Origin: an uncultured Chloroflexia bacterium
Lineage (GTDB): Bacteria > Chloroflexota > Limnocylindria > Limnocylindrales > CSP1-4
Length of the DNA stretch: 64,000 nucleotides
Direction: 5' to 3'
Assembly: GCA_963768655.1 (NCBI GenBank)
Contig: CAVYIM010000003.1
Span: 640,001-704,000 of the forward strand
The first letter of the stretch is position 1. Every line of letters begins with the position of its first letter. The translations under genes and the position numbers were made by a program. Positions 36,165 through 47,561 of the stretch are shown here, in pieces. The notes under the pieces are model-generated. The model searched no databases. It was given only the letters and a program-made list of their open reading frames with translations, and was not told the origin of the DNA.

Positions 36165-36923
36165 GTGAACGACACCAGAGGATCGCTCGTGAATAACCGT
36201 GGCCTCCGTGGCCTTCGCGCCGTCTCGTTCGCCGCTGCCGCGCTGGCACTGGCCCTGGTTGGCGCCGCGTGCTCCAGCGCCCAACAGCCCACGCCCATCT
36301 ACCTGGTTCCGACGCCGACGCCCAGCGCTGCCACGCCGGTTCCGGCTACATCGGCGCCGACGCCCACGCCGCAGATCACTCCGGCAGCCACCTTCACGCC
36401 CTGGCCGTCTGCGTCGCCGACGCCGACTCCCGGGCCGACCTCGGCGCACACCGCCGCCCCGACGCCGACGGTGTCGGCAGGCCCCACCTCGCCGGCCGCA
36501 TCTTGCACTGGCAAGCCCACCAATCAGAGCTGGTTCCTCGAGGCGGCCAACAACGTCAAGATCACCGTCTACTGCGCAACCAGGCTCGCCGCCGGCTGGA
36601 GCCTAGCCATTAGCCCGCAGACATCGTGGGCAAGCAACAAGAGCGGCGGGACGGTTCTGATCTATTACTCGTACCACAGTACGGCCACTAGGCTGGAAGT
36701 CTGCGAAGGAACCTTCGCTTCCACGCTCTGTGCGGGCAACACAGGTTCTGTCGGCGCCGCCAGTTTTGGTGGGCTCTCAGGCGAGCTCGACTCCACCTCC
36801 GACGGCTTCGCCATCCGCGTGGCTCCCGGCACCAACCATGCCTACACCCTGGTCGGCCACAATGTCAGTCAGGCGACCCTGGTGGGCATCGGGGCGAACA
36901 TGACCATCGTGCCCAGAACCTGA
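36165..36923 (+). CDS. Secreted lipoprotein with a Pro/Thr-rich linker
   Basis: Signal peptide ending GAAC, long PT/PS linker, Cys-containing C-terminal domain. Confidence 0.75.
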   Translation: MNDTRGSLVNNRGLRGLRAVSFAAAALALALVGAACSSAQQPTPIYLVPTPTPSAATPVPATSAPTPTPQITPAATFTPWPSASPTPTPGPTSAHTAAPTPTVSAGPTSPAASCTGKPTNQSWFLEAANNVKITVYCATRLAAGWSLAISPQTSWASNKSGGTVLIYYSYHSTATRLEVCEGTFASTLCAGNTGSVGAASFGGLSGELDSTSDGFAIRVAPGTNHAYTLVGHNVSQATLVGIGANMTIVPRT

Positions 36924-37014
36924 GCCCGACGTCGAACGGCAGCACGCCGGTCGACCCTGCCTCTGAACCATGCCGAGCGGCTGCTCATCGAGCGGCCGCT
37001 CGGTCGTTTCCGGG

Positions 37015-38310
37015 CTATGCGTCCGCCCCGGGCCCAGGCGCAGCGGGCTCCGGCGCATCGGGTTTCGCGGCGCGGCCGCCCTTGCGGGCCATCGGCTGCG
37101 GCTCGAAGGCCGGACCCGGCTCCACTTCCTGGTCCTGGCCGGCCTGAGGCAGACGTGGCGCGCGAATCGGTCTGCCCTCGCGTTCCTCGACGCGGCGCGC
37201 GGCCCGAACGGCCACCGGCTCGACATCGACCCGCATGTGCTTGAGGTAGTAGAAGAAGAACGACGCGATGACCGCGGCGACGGGGATGCCGAAGATCGCG
37301 CCCGGGACGCCGGCCAGCTTGGTGCCGACCATGACCGAGCCCAGGACCACGACCGGATGGAGGCCCACAGCGTCCGCCATCAGGCGTGGCTGGACGATGT
37401 TCATCAGCACGAACCAGCCGGCGACCATGATGATCAACGTCGGCAGGACTGCGTCCGGCAGGAAGAAGATTGCCACGAGGACCGGCGGCATCCACGACAG
37501 GAACGGCCCGAAGAAGGGAATGGCCTGCAGCACGCCCGAGGAAACGGCGGTGACCGGCATGTAGGGCAGGCCGAGCAGCAGGCTGGCGGCCATGGAGACG
37601 GCGCCGTACATCAGCCCCATCAGGGCCTGGCCGCGCAGGAAGCCGCCGAACGAGCGCGAGATGCTGTGCTCGAGCAGCTGGGCTTCGTCCTTGTATGCCG
37701 GAGGAACCAGGCGGAAGAGGAAGCTGACGATCCGGTCTCGGTCGACCGACATGTAGAGTGACAGAAAGAACACGAACAACAGGTTGCCGAAGACGCCCAC
37801 GCTGGCCACGGCGATCTGGCCCAGCGGCTGGGCCAGATCCGCGGCGCCGTTCTTGATGTTCGCCAGCAGCAGGTTGACCTGGTCGTACAGGCTGATCCGG
37901 CTGCCGCCGATCGAGTTGAGCGTGTCCTGGTAGGGCTTGAGGGTGGCACGCAGGTCCAGAGAGTTGAGGCCGGCGAGCAGGCTGTTGATCGACGAATAGA
38001 GCTGCTGCGCCACCAGCAGGATGGCCGTGATAACCACGACGATGAGCAGGGAGTAGACCACGACGACGGCCAGGGCCCTCGGCAGACGCGGGAACAGGTG
38101 GACAAGACCGTTCGCGAGCGGACTCAGGATGAAAGCCAGCAGCCACGCCAGGAAGAAGATCATGATCACGTCGCTGAAGTACGTGATCAGGCTGGCCACG
38201 TCGTACATGACGACGAAGGCGACCGCTACTGTCGCCAGGATGACCAGGGCGGTCAGCCAGCGGTGAAGGCGCGGCGTCATGAAGGCGGCCCTGGAAGGCT
38301 GGTCTGTCAT
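37015..38310 (-). CDS. AI-2E family (PerM-like) transporter
   Basis: AWLLAFILSP, GGFLRGQ, IPFFGP, QPRLMADAVGLHPVVVL, GAIFGIP. Confidence 0.92.
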   Translation of the reverse strand: MTDQPSRAAFMTPRLHRWLTALVILATVAVAFVVMYDVASLITYFSDVIMIFFLAWLLAFILSPLANGLVHLFPRLPRALAVVVVYSLLIVVVITAILLVAQQLYSSINSLLAGLNSLDLRATLKPYQDTLNSIGGSRISLYDQVNLLLANIKNGAADLAQPLGQIAVASVGVFGNLLFVFFLSLYMSVDRDRIVSFLFRLVPPAYKDEAQLLEHSISRSFGGFLRGQALMGLMYGAVSMAASLLLGLPYMPVTAVSSGVLQAIPFFGPFLSWMPPVLVAIFFLPDAVLPTLIIMVAGWFVLMNIVQPRLMADAVGLHPVVVLGSVMVGTKLAGVPGAIFGIPVAAVIASFFFYYLKHMRVDVEPVAVRAARRVEEREGRPIRAPRLPQAGQDQEVEPGPAFEPQPMARKGGRAAKPDAPEPAAPGPGADA

Positions 38311-38437
38311 CGTCCCCTGATCCTCGGCGCGGGCTGACGCCGAGATGGTACGCCCCGGGCGCGCGCAGGTGATGGCCGATCGAGCGTCAGGCTCCGCGGC
38401 CGGCGATCGTCTGGACGAACGCGTCGCAGCCTGAGAC

Positions 38438-39460
38438 CTAGCGCAGGCCCATCCGCTCCCGGACCTCGGCCATGGTCGCCTGGGCGATCGGACGTATCCG
38501 TTCGGCGCCCTCGTCCAGGATGGCTCGCAGCCGCGCCGGGTCGGCCATGAGCTCCCGGTAGGTCTCGCGAGCCGGAGCATAGCGGGCGATGATCCGCTCG
38601 GCCAGCAGCTTCTTCGTGTCGACGCAGCCGGTTCGAGCGTTTCGCTCGCCATCCCAGATCTGCTCGTAGTCGTCGCCGAAGTGGCGGTGCAACTGGCAGA
38701 CGTTGCAGACCTGCGGGCGGCCCGGGTCTGAACGCAGGATGCGCTGCGTGTCGGTGACCATCGACATGACCTGCTTGCGGATGACGTCCGGCTCGGCCAG
38801 GACTTCGATCGTGTTGCCGATCGACTTGCTCATCTTCTTCGCGCCGTCGGTGCCCAGAACTACCGGCGCCTCGGTGTAGACCGCCTGAGGCTCGGGGAAT
38901 GTCTCGCCGTAGCGGGCGTTGAAGGCGCGGACGATCTCGCGGCTCAGCTCGAGGTGGGCGGCCTGGTCCCTGCCGACCGGCACCAGCGAAGCCTTGTAGA
39001 TGACGATGTCGGCCGCCTGAAGGACGGGGTACGTGAGCAGGCCGTGGTTGACGTCCTCGGGCTGGTTCTGGCGCTTCTCCTTGTAGGTCGGAGTGCGCTG
39101 CAGCCAGCCGACCGGCGTCACGGTGTTGAAGAGCCAGCACAGTTCGGTGACTTCCGGCCGATCCGACTGGACGAAGAGCGTGCAGCGCTTTGGGTCCAGG
39201 CCCAGGGCGATGAGGGCGGCCGCCATCTCGAGGGTCTGGCGGCGCAGCACCTCGGGATCGTGGACGTGGGTCAGGGCGTGGTAGTCCACCACGCAGTAGA
39301 TGGCCTCGTACTTCTCCGCGAGCGCCACGTAGTTGCGGATCGCGCCCAGGTCGTTGCCCAGGTGGGGCCGGCCGGTGGGCTGGATGCCGCTGAAGATACG
39401 CGGCTTGACGGGCAGGCTGGACGGTCTGGCGGCTGGGGAGGCGGAGGCTTCGGTAGTCAT
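38438..39460 (-). CDS. trpS: Tryptophan--tRNA ligase
   Basis: SGIQPTG..HLGN, YPVLQAADI, VPVGRDQ, KMSKS. Confidence 0.98.
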   Translation of the reverse strand: MTTEASASPAARPSSLPVKPRIFSGIQPTGRPHLGNDLGAIRNYVALAEKYEAIYCVVDYHALTHVHDPEVLRRQTLEMAAALIALGLDPKRCTLFVQSDRPEVTELCWLFNTVTPVGWLQRTPTYKEKRQNQPEDVNHGLLTYPVLQAADIVIYKASLVPVGRDQAAHLELSREIVRAFNARYGETFPEPQAVYTEAPVVLGTDGAKKMSKSIGNTIEVLAEPDVIRKQVMSMVTDTQRILRSDPGRPQVCNVCQLHRHFGDDYEQIWDGERNARTGCVDTKKLLAERIIARYAPARETYRELMADPARLRAILDEGAERIRPIAQATMAEVRERMGLR

Positions 39461-39638
39461 GTGGCGAGTTTAGCGGACGGGGCGGCTCGAGCCAGTCGAA
39501 AGCGTGCGCCTCAGAGGGCCGGCTGCGTAATACCATGGCCACGCCCGCAGGAAGCCGGGCGGCGGGCCCCGAGCCGAGATGCCGGTCTCGCGGACATCGT
39601 CCGCACGGCCGGTGGTGGCATGCTTGGAGGGAACTGGA

Positions 39639-41012
39639 ATGCCGGGAGATCGTCGACTGATCGATCGACTCTCGTCGGGCTCCTCGCGTCGCCGGATCCG
39701 GCTGGCTGGCGTTCTCCTCGTTGCGGCCTCGATCGCGGGTTGCCAGGCGGTGCCCGGTCAGCCAGTTGCGACCCCGCTGCAGACGGGCACGACCGGTCCC
39801 ACGGCGACCGCCGCGGAGACGACCGGGCCGGTGGCGACCGCGACGGAGATGACCGCGCCGACGGATACTCCTGTCGAGACCGACACGTCCGGTCCGACGG
39901 CGAGCCCGCTTCCCACGGCCGCCGGGCGCGTGCTTGTCTGGCATTCCGTCTCGCTGCCGGCGAAGCTCGCGGCAACCTCCGACTCGCCCTTCCAGAACGC
40001 GGTCTTCGGCTGGAGCCGCGGGTACCTGGTATTCCACGAGAACGTCGACACCGGCTCGGCCGTTCCGTGGACCTCGACCGATGGACGCCAGTGGCAGCCG
40101 GGCCGGTCACTCGACATGTCCGGGGTCAGTCAGGGAGCCCAGGTCGAGGAAGTTGTCGAGGGGCCGGCCGGACTGCTCGCCCTCGGTCGCGCTCCGGGCT
40201 GCGCCGACGACGGAACCGGCTGCATGCCCGAGCCCGCGACCGCGCTCTGGACCTCCGCCGATGGAGCAAGCTGGAGCCGGGTCGACCTGAGCAAAGCCTT
40301 TGGCGGAGCGGCGGTCGGTGACGTCTCGGGCGGGCCGAAGGGTTACATGGCGGTCAGCAGATCCAGCGACAGCAGCACGGACAGCCCGGCGGTCTGGCTG
40401 TCGGCCGATGGGCAGACCTGGCAAGCTCTCTCCCTCTCGTCCGATACGTTCGCGGATGCTTACCTGGCGCGGGGCACGGTCCTCGCGGATGGCTTCCTGG
40501 TAGCAGGTCGGATCGGCAGCCTGGAGGGTTGGGGCGGCGGCGACTTCCCCACGACTACGCCCGCGATCTGGTGGTCGGCGGATGGCTCCGACTGGAGCCG
40601 CGTGACGCTGCCCGATGTCGCGACGACTCCGGAGGCGGAGGCCGCGATCACCGCGATTGCCACCGGCAAGCTCGTCGCCCACGTCGTCAGCTGGGACTGC
40701 TCGTGCCCGCCAGAGGGCGACGATCAGGCCTGGACCTCGAGCGACGGACAAACCTGGAAAGCGGCCATGGAGCAGTTCCCGTCTCCGGCCGTGGTGCTCT
40801 CCGATGGCCACGAGGCGTTGCAGCTCGTGCCCTCGGACGGAGGCCTGACGGTGGCCGTCTCCTCGGATGGGTTCGAGTGGGCGGAGGTCGCCGTCTCGGG
40901 TTCGGGACCGGCCGATCTGTCCGACGCAGCGTACGGTCCGGCCGGCCTTCTCGTCGAAGACTCGAGCGGGAACCTGTGGCTGGCCGCGATCAGCGGGGCC
41001 GGCGCCGGCTGA
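39639..41012 (+). CDS. Lipoprotein with BNR/Asp-box repeats (probable beta-propeller)
   Basis: Lipobox IAGC, Thr/Pro linker, about 6 copies of W-x-S-x-D-G-x-x-W. Confidence 0.8.
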   Translation: MPGDRRLIDRLSSGSSRRRIRLAGVLLVAASIAGCQAVPGQPVATPLQTGTTGPTATAAETTGPVATATEMTAPTDTPVETDTSGPTASPLPTAAGRVLVWHSVSLPAKLAATSDSPFQNAVFGWSRGYLVFHENVDTGSAVPWTSTDGRQWQPGRSLDMSGVSQGAQVEEVVEGPAGLLALGRAPGCADDGTGCMPEPATALWTSADGASWSRVDLSKAFGGAAVGDVSGGPKGYMAVSRSSDSSTDSPAVWLSADGQTWQALSLSSDTFADAYLARGTVLADGFLVAGRIGSLEGWGGGDFPTTTPAIWWSADGSDWSRVTLPDVATTPEAEAAITAIATGKLVAHVVSWDCSCPPEGDDQAWTSSDGQTWKAAMEQFPSPAVVLSDGHEALQLVPSDGGLTVAVSSDGFEWAEVAVSGSGPADLSDAAYGPAGLLVEDSSGNLWLAAISGAGAG

Positions 41013-41077
41013 CGCCTTTCGTACGTCGGAAGCGGCCGAAGGGGCCAAACGCGGCGCGCGGAGGCGGCGAACGCGGC

Positions 41078-41141
41078 GCGCCGAGGCGAACGAGAGGCGC
41101 CGAGGCGAACGAGAGGCGCCGAGGCGAACGAGAGGCGCCGA
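41078..41141. repeat. 19-bp tandem repeat (GCGCCGAGGCGAACGAGAG)x3.4 upstream of hom
   Basis: Read directly from the sequence; ends ~22 bp before a TACCAT -10 candidate at 41164-41169. Confidence 0.88.
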
Positions 41142-41248
41142 ACAGAGCAGCCGGTGCCTCGGGTACCATTCCGGGACGAAGTCCTGAGTCTCCGTCACCG
41201 CCGGCTGCGATCCCAACTCGGCCTCGCTGGCCCCAGTCGAACCTGCCC

Positions 41249-42571
41249 ATGACCCCCGAGAAACGACCACTCCGCGTCGCGATCCTCGGCGTGGGCACCG
41301 TCGGCGCGGAAGTGGCGCGTGGCTTCCTTCGCAACAGCGATCGGCAGATCGGGCCCGCGGGCGGGCGAATGCTCGAGCTCGTGGCCATCGCCGACATGAA
41401 CGTCCAGGGGGCCGTCGATCGTGGGATGCCACGCGAGTTGATCGCGCCCGATGCCGCGGCCGTGGTCCGGCGCGACGACGTGGACGTGATCGTGGAGCTG
41501 CTGGGCGGCGACGAGCCGGCCCGCTCGCTGATCCTCGGGGCGCTGAGCGCGGGCAAGCCGGTAGTCACGGCCAACAAGCACGTCCTGGCCTACCACGGCG
41601 CGGAGCTGGAGATGGCCGCCCGCGCCGGCGGCGCGCCGCTCCGCTATGAGGCGTCGGTTTGCGGCGGCACGCCGGTGCTCGATCCGATCGCCCGGGATCT
41701 GGCGGCCAACCATGTGCGGCGCGTCCGCGGCATCGTCAACGGCAGCACCAACTTCATCCTGACGCAGATGACGCAGGCCAAGCGGAGCTACGAGGAGGTT
41801 CTCGCCGCCGCCCAGGCCCAGGGCTACGTCGAGCGCGATCCCAGCGCTGACGTCGAGGGCCACGACGCCGCGAACAAGCTGGCCGTCCTGACTCGCCTCT
41901 GCTTCGGGGCGTGGCCGCGGATCGACTCTATCGTCGCCAGTCCGCCCTCCGTGCGCGGCGACGGCAGGCCGGGGATCACCGGCGTCTCGGCCAACGACAT
42001 CGCCGGCGCCGTGGCGTTGGGCCTCGCCATCCGGCTCGTGGCCACGGCCAGCACCCCGGGAACTGCCGAGCCCGGCTTCGGGCTGGCGGGCTCGGTCATG
42101 ACCTCGGCCGTGCCGCTGGGAGCGCCGCTCGGTCGCACCGACGGCGTCCTCAACCGCCTCGAAGTCGATGCCGACCCGGTCGGCCGCGTCTCGTTCGAAG
42201 GTCCCGGCGCCGGCGGCCCCGCCACCAGCAGCGCTGTCCTCGCCGATCTGCTCGAGGTGGCCCGGACCGGCCTCAGCACCTGGGCGGACCTGCCGCCCGC
42301 GGCCCCCGAACTGGTCACCTTCGCCGACGACCGCGCCACCATCCGCCGGCCGTGGTTCGTGTGCGTCCCCGGCGTGCTCCCGGACGAGGTTCCGGGACGG
42401 CTCGCCGAGGAAGTGGCCGGCCCGCCGCCGAGCGCCGTGCCCCGCCATCGAAGCCGCACCTGGGTCGCCGTCCAGACAAGGCCGCTGCCGCTGGCCGACG
42501 TCCGCGACGCGATCGAGCCGCTCATCGCCCCCGACCGCGACATTCCCATCTATCCGATCCTGACCTCGTAG
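41249..42571 (+). CDS. hom: Homoserine dehydrogenase
   Basis: GVGTVG, VVTANK, YEASVCGGTP, GIVNGSTNFIL, DPSADVEGHDAANK, GPGAG. Confidence 0.95.
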   Translation: MTPEKRPLRVAILGVGTVGAEVARGFLRNSDRQIGPAGGRMLELVAIADMNVQGAVDRGMPRELIAPDAAAVVRRDDVDVIVELLGGDEPARSLILGALSAGKPVVTANKHVLAYHGAELEMAARAGGAPLRYEASVCGGTPVLDPIARDLAANHVRRVRGIVNGSTNFILTQMTQAKRSYEEVLAAAQAQGYVERDPSADVEGHDAANKLAVLTRLCFGAWPRIDSIVASPPSVRGDGRPGITGVSANDIAGAVALGLAIRLVATASTPGTAEPGFGLAGSVMTSAVPLGAPLGRTDGVLNRLEVDADPVGRVSFEGPGAGGPATSSAVLADLLEVARTGLSTWADLPPAAPELVTFADDRATIRRPWFVCVPGVLPDEVPGRLAEEVAGPPPSAVPRHRSRTWVAVQTRPLPLADVRDAIEPLIAPDRDIPIYPILTS

Positions 42572-42587
42572 CCGGAGCCCGACCGAA

Positions 42588-43727
42588 ATGTCCGCCTCGC
42601 CCGCCCATCCGCCCATCGCCCCGGCCGCCGGCTCCTCGCCCGCGCCCGCCCGTCCCGGCGCCGCTCGTCCGCGCCTGGTCGAGCGCTACCGCGAGTTCCT
42701 GCCGATCACGGCCGCCACTCCCATCATCAGCCTCGGCGAGGGCCTCACGCCGCTGGTCCGGATCGACCACATCGGCAAGCGCATCGGCATCCCGAACCTC
42801 TACGTGAAGTACGAGGGCATGAACCCGACCGGCTCGTTCAAGGACCGGGGCATGGTCGTGGCCATCTCTAAGGCGCTCGAGGAGGGCGCGAAGGCGGTCA
42901 TCTGCGCTTCCACCGGCAACACCTCGGCCTCCTCCGCCGCCTATGGCGCCGCTGCCGGCCTGGAAGTCATCGTCGTCCTGCCGAAGGGCAAGATCGCCCT
43001 TGGCAAGCTCATCCAGGCGCTTGCGGCCGGCGCGAAGATCATCGCCGTCGACGGCAACTTCGATGAGGCTCTGACCGTCGTGCGCGAGATGGCCGAGCAA
43101 AAGGACCATCCGGTCACGCTGGTCAACTCGGTCAACCCGTACCGCATCGACGGTCAGACAACGGCTGCGTTCGAAGTCTGCGACGACCTGGGCCGTGCCC
43201 CCGACATCCTGGCCATCCCGGTGGGCAACGCCGGCAACATCACCGCCTACTGGGCCGGGTTCACGCGCTACCTGGGTGCGGGGCGGATCGGCGCCCGACC
43301 GAAGATGTACGGCTTCCAGGCGGCCGGCGCGGCGCCGATCGTGCTCGGCCATCCCGTGGAGCACCCCGAGACGATTGCCACTGCCATTCGCATCGGCAAT
43401 CCGGCTTCGTGGAAGCAGGCGGTGGCGGCGCGCGACGAGTCGGGCGGGCTCATCGAGACGGTCACGGACGACGAGATCGTGGCCGCGTACCGGGACCTCG
43501 CCACACACCAGGGGATCTTCTGCGAGCCCGCTTCGGCGGCGAGCCTGGCGGGCGTTTGCAAGCTCGCCGCGGCGGGGCGGATCGACCGCGATGCCACGGT
43601 GGTCTGCGTGCTGACCGGCCACGGCCTCAAGGATCCCGAGACGGCCGAACGCACCGCCGGCGGCGCCGGCGCGATTATCGATGCCGCGCCGACTACGGCA
43701 GGAGTGATGCGCGCCCTCGGCTGGTAG
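42588..43727 (+). CDS. thrC: Threonine synthase
   Basis: NPTGSFKDRG, CASTGNTSAS, PVGNAGN, FCEPASA, LTGHGLKDP. Confidence 0.97.
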   Translation: MSASPAHPPIAPAAGSSPAPARPGAARPRLVERYREFLPITAATPIISLGEGLTPLVRIDHIGKRIGIPNLYVKYEGMNPTGSFKDRGMVVAISKALEEGAKAVICASTGNTSASSAAYGAAAGLEVIVVLPKGKIALGKLIQALAAGAKIIAVDGNFDEALTVVREMAEQKDHPVTLVNSVNPYRIDGQTTAAFEVCDDLGRAPDILAIPVGNAGNITAYWAGFTRYLGAGRIGARPKMYGFQAAGAAPIVLGHPVEHPETIATAIRIGNPASWKQAVAARDESGGLIETVTDDEIVAAYRDLATHQGIFCEPASAASLAGVCKLAAAGRIDRDATVVCVLTGHGLKDPETAERTAGGAGAIIDAAPTTAGVMRALGW

Positions 43728-43782
43728 GTGCGCCGAGTCGCGCTCTGGCGCCAGGACACTGGCCCATGCCGGGGTCGCCCCG

Positions 43783-44190
43783 CTAGGTCGCCAGGCGCGC
43801 GTCGGGGTCCGGCTGGAGCCAGTATGGCGAGTGGCTCTCGCACCAATCGCGGGATCGAGGGCCGAGGTTGGGGACAACGAGTGGATGACCAGCCGGTGTG
43901 GTCGGCAGCACGTTCTCCAGGAAGCACGTGACCACGCTGTCACGTAGCGACGGCGTGGCGGTCTCCAGCAGACTGTCCACGAACAGGAGCGCGGCTTTGA
44001 TCGACGCCTCGTCTGCTGCTGCGACCATTCGCTCGAAGGCCCAGCTGAAGGCCGCGAGCGCGCCGCACGTGGTCCCCTTACCCGGCTCTGCGTTGAAGAG
44101 CTCGACATCCTGGTCATACGCCGACCGACCGGCTTCCGGGACTAAGGCCCTCAGGCGGCGGGCGAGTTCCGGCCCACTTGGCTCGGTCAC
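43783..44190 (-). CDS. Small hypothetical protein (immunity-protein-like helical domain)
   Basis: GTG start with GAGG upstream; FVDSLLE...VVTCFLENV...LGPRS pattern; function inferred only. Confidence 0.55.
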   Translation of the reverse strand: MTEPSGPELARRLRALVPEAGRSAYDQDVELFNAEPGKGTTCGALAAFSWAFERMVAAADEASIKAALLFVDSLLETATPSLRDSVVTCFLENVLPTTPAGHPLVVPNLGPRSRDWCESHSPYWLQPDPDARLAT

Positions 44191-44463
44191 ATCCCCGGTT
44201 CCTCACTCGCGACTAGCCCGACTGTGATCATGGCAGATCTACTGGATCGCTGCCGGGTGCGCCCAACCCGGTCCGTATCTAGTGACATTGGCGAACACTC
44301 GCCGACGACGGCCTGATCTCGCCGGGAACCCTGGATGCGCGCGGGAGAATCAAGGCAGCGACGGGGAGCTCTGACACGCGGCCCAAACACTGGCCGCTGG
44401 GACCGCGCCGAGCCACTGGCGGAACCGACGCGTCGCCGACGCATTCCAAGGGGGAGAAGAGCG

Positions 44464-45381
44464 ATGCGCACGGGTCGTCGCGCCGACCGACTGGTTGTCA
44501 GTCTGGCTCTTGCCCTGGTAGTGGGCGGGTGCGGGGGGAGCGCCGCGACTCCATCACCTGGGCCAGGGCACCTCTACTGGGCCAACCGTGGCTACGATCT
44601 CCCTACCAACCCCGAGACGACGATGGGGCGAGCCAACATCGACGGGACCGGGGTGAGCCAGAGATTCATCACGGCCGGGCACAGCATGTTCGGCCTGGCG
44701 ATCCTCGGCGATCACCTCTACTGGACCGACACGGGAACGAACTCGATCGGGCGGGCGAACCTTGACGGCACGGGGGTGAATCAGAGCTTCATCAGCGCCA
44801 GCGGCTTCGGGATAACGGGGGACGGAACCTACCTCTACTGGGCAGACCCCGCGAGCCAGTTGATCGGGCGGGCGAACCTTGACGGCACCGGGGTGAACCA
44901 GAGCTTCATCTTCGCCGGCGGTCAACCTGTCTCTGTCGCGGTCAGCGGCCGCTACATCTACTGGACCGACTACTCTTCCGACAAGAGAATTGGGCGGGCC
45001 AGCCTCGACGGCACGGGCGTGAACCAGAGCTTCATCGACTGCAGCGCCAGTCCCGGCGACAGCACGCCTTTCGCCATCACGATCAGCGGCGGCTACATCT
45101 ACTGGACCAACTACGTCTGGAAGGTCAACGCTGGCGGCACGATCGGGAGGGCCAAGCTGGACGGGACTGGGGCGAACCAGACCTTCATCGGCGACGACCT
45201 CGCCGACTTCAACCCCGGCTGGATCGCGATCGCCGGAGGCTACATGTATTGGAGCGAACCCGGCGACGCACTCAGCCCCGGCAAGGGCACGATCGAGCGG
45301 GCCAAGCTGGACGGGACGGAGCTGACGCGAAACTTCATCGCCGGTGCGTTCACCCCTATCGGCTTGGTGGTAGGCCCATAG
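44464..45381 (+). CDS. Lipoprotein with LDL-receptor class B (YWTD) repeats, 6-bladed propeller
   Basis: Lipobox VGGC; six repeats of [LIM]YW....[IM][GE]RA.[LI]DGT. Confidence 0.88.
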   Translation: MRTGRRADRLVVSLALALVVGGCGGSAATPSPGPGHLYWANRGYDLPTNPETTMGRANIDGTGVSQRFITAGHSMFGLAILGDHLYWTDTGTNSIGRANLDGTGVNQSFISASGFGITGDGTYLYWADPASQLIGRANLDGTGVNQSFIFAGGQPVSVAVSGRYIYWTDYSSDKRIGRASLDGTGVNQSFIDCSASPGDSTPFAITISGGYIYWTNYVWKVNAGGTIGRAKLDGTGANQTFIGDDLADFNPGWIAIAGGYMYWSEPGDALSPGKGTIERAKLDGTELTRNFIAGAFTPIGLVVGP

Positions 45382-45598
45382 GGGCCCCGAGCCTTCGCGG
45401 TCGGCCACGCAATTGACGGGCTCCGCTGTCGAGTGTGCGTGGTGCCCGTCGTCTCGCGGCGGCCCTCTTACGTCTGCGACCCTGGCGCGGATCGCGGGGA
45501 TCGGGCCGGGCCGCCAGGCTCGGGTGGACTTCGTGGACACCGTCGCAGACAGCCGTCTTCTTCCCACAGCCATTCCCTCTAGACGCAGACGGGGTTGA

Positions 45599-46740
<1,142 letters not shown>

Positions 46741-46964
46741 CTACCTCTGTCGCGACAAGGCAACCACGATCCGTCGCGTAGCGTCGTGAGTCAAGCCGAC
46801 CAGCCAGGCCCGACGTCCGCTGGGTGCATTGGCGCACACTCGCCCAAGCGGCGGTGACTTCCTCCGGTGTTGACGACCTCCGGCACTTGCCGCTAGCCGT
46901 CAGGCACGGCGACGCTGGCAGCTCGGCCGGAGGCCGGTTGGCGAACAGGTTGGCGGTGCTACAA

Positions 46965-47336
46965 ATGTTGTTGAGAGGCGGAATCGTCAGGGGGATCGCG
47001 TGCGCCCTGGCGCTCACGGCAGTGCTCGGCTGCACGCCCCGATCCGCGCTCCAGTTCTCGCCCACGACCCTGACCGACGCCCAGGTCGGCTCACCATACG
47101 CCGCCACCATCACCGTGAATCAGGCCGCGACGCCCGTGGATGGCGCCGCGGTCCAGGACGGCGCGCTCCCGGCTGGCCTCGACCTCACATTGGCCAAGGA
47201 GCCCATCAACACGATCCAGATTTCGGGAACGCCCACCGCCGCCGGCACGTTCAGTTTCACCGTCTACGTGTGGTGCTATGGCACGCAGGTCAGCGGGCAG
47301 ACCGCAACCCAGGAGTACACGCTGGTGGTGAAGTGA
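46965..47336 (+). CDS. Small lipoprotein with a putative Ig (He_PIG-like) domain
   Basis: Lipobox VLGC; GSPY..TIT, GALPAGL, ISGTPTAAGTFSFTV. Confidence 0.78.
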   Translation: MLLRGGIVRGIACALALTAVLGCTPRSALQFSPTTLTDAQVGSPYAATITVNQAATPVDGAAVQDGALPAGLDLTLAKEPINTIQISGTPTAAGTFSFTVYVWCYGTQVSGQTATQEYTLVVK

Positions 47337-47349
47337 ACCAGTGGAAGTC

Positions 47350-47374
47350 TGGTCGGGGCGAGAGGATTTGAACC
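47350..47374 (-). repeat. tRNA-Pro 3'-end fragment (att-like), copy 1
   Basis: Reverse complement GGTTCAAATCCTCTCGCCCCGACCA = T-arm, acceptor strand and CCA; the rest does not fold as a tRNA. Confidence 0.8.
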
Positions 47375-47526
47375 AGCGGTTCCCAAGTGCCGGATCGTCG
47401 CGCCGGGCTGGATCGTGGAATCCCTGGCACTGGCGGCTTGAGCAAGACTCCTGGCAGCGACCAGGGGTCCGAGACTCATCGATCCGGTCCGGCGCCCGCG
47501 CCGACTACGACGTTCCGGAGTCGAGC

Positions 47527-47555
47527 TTGCCGAGCCGACCTCGTGGGCGTAAGCT
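47527..47555 (+). promoter_or_regulatory. Promoter of the toxin-antitoxin operon (leaderless)
   Basis: TTGCCG-17 bp-TAAGCT, then 6 nt to ATG 47562. Confidence 0.6.
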
Positions 47556-47561
47556 TTACCC

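Noticed and set aside
39461-39638. T-box leader for trpS
   Set aside because: No T-box motif, and a -10 hexamer sits 6 nt from the ATG.
41078-41141. CRISPR array
   Set aside because: Units are contiguous with no spacers, and there are no cas genes in the window.
45368-45393. Fourth tRNA 3'-end fragment (Ile-like, reverse complement ends GGCCTACCA)
   Set aside because: The T-loop is poorly matched and it overlaps the last codons of the YWTD gene; too weak to list as a feature.
47350-47425. Intact tRNA-Pro gene on the minus strand
   Set aside because: Only the 3' 25 nt match; the 5' T-stem, anticodon stem, D-arm and 5' acceptor strand cannot be formed.
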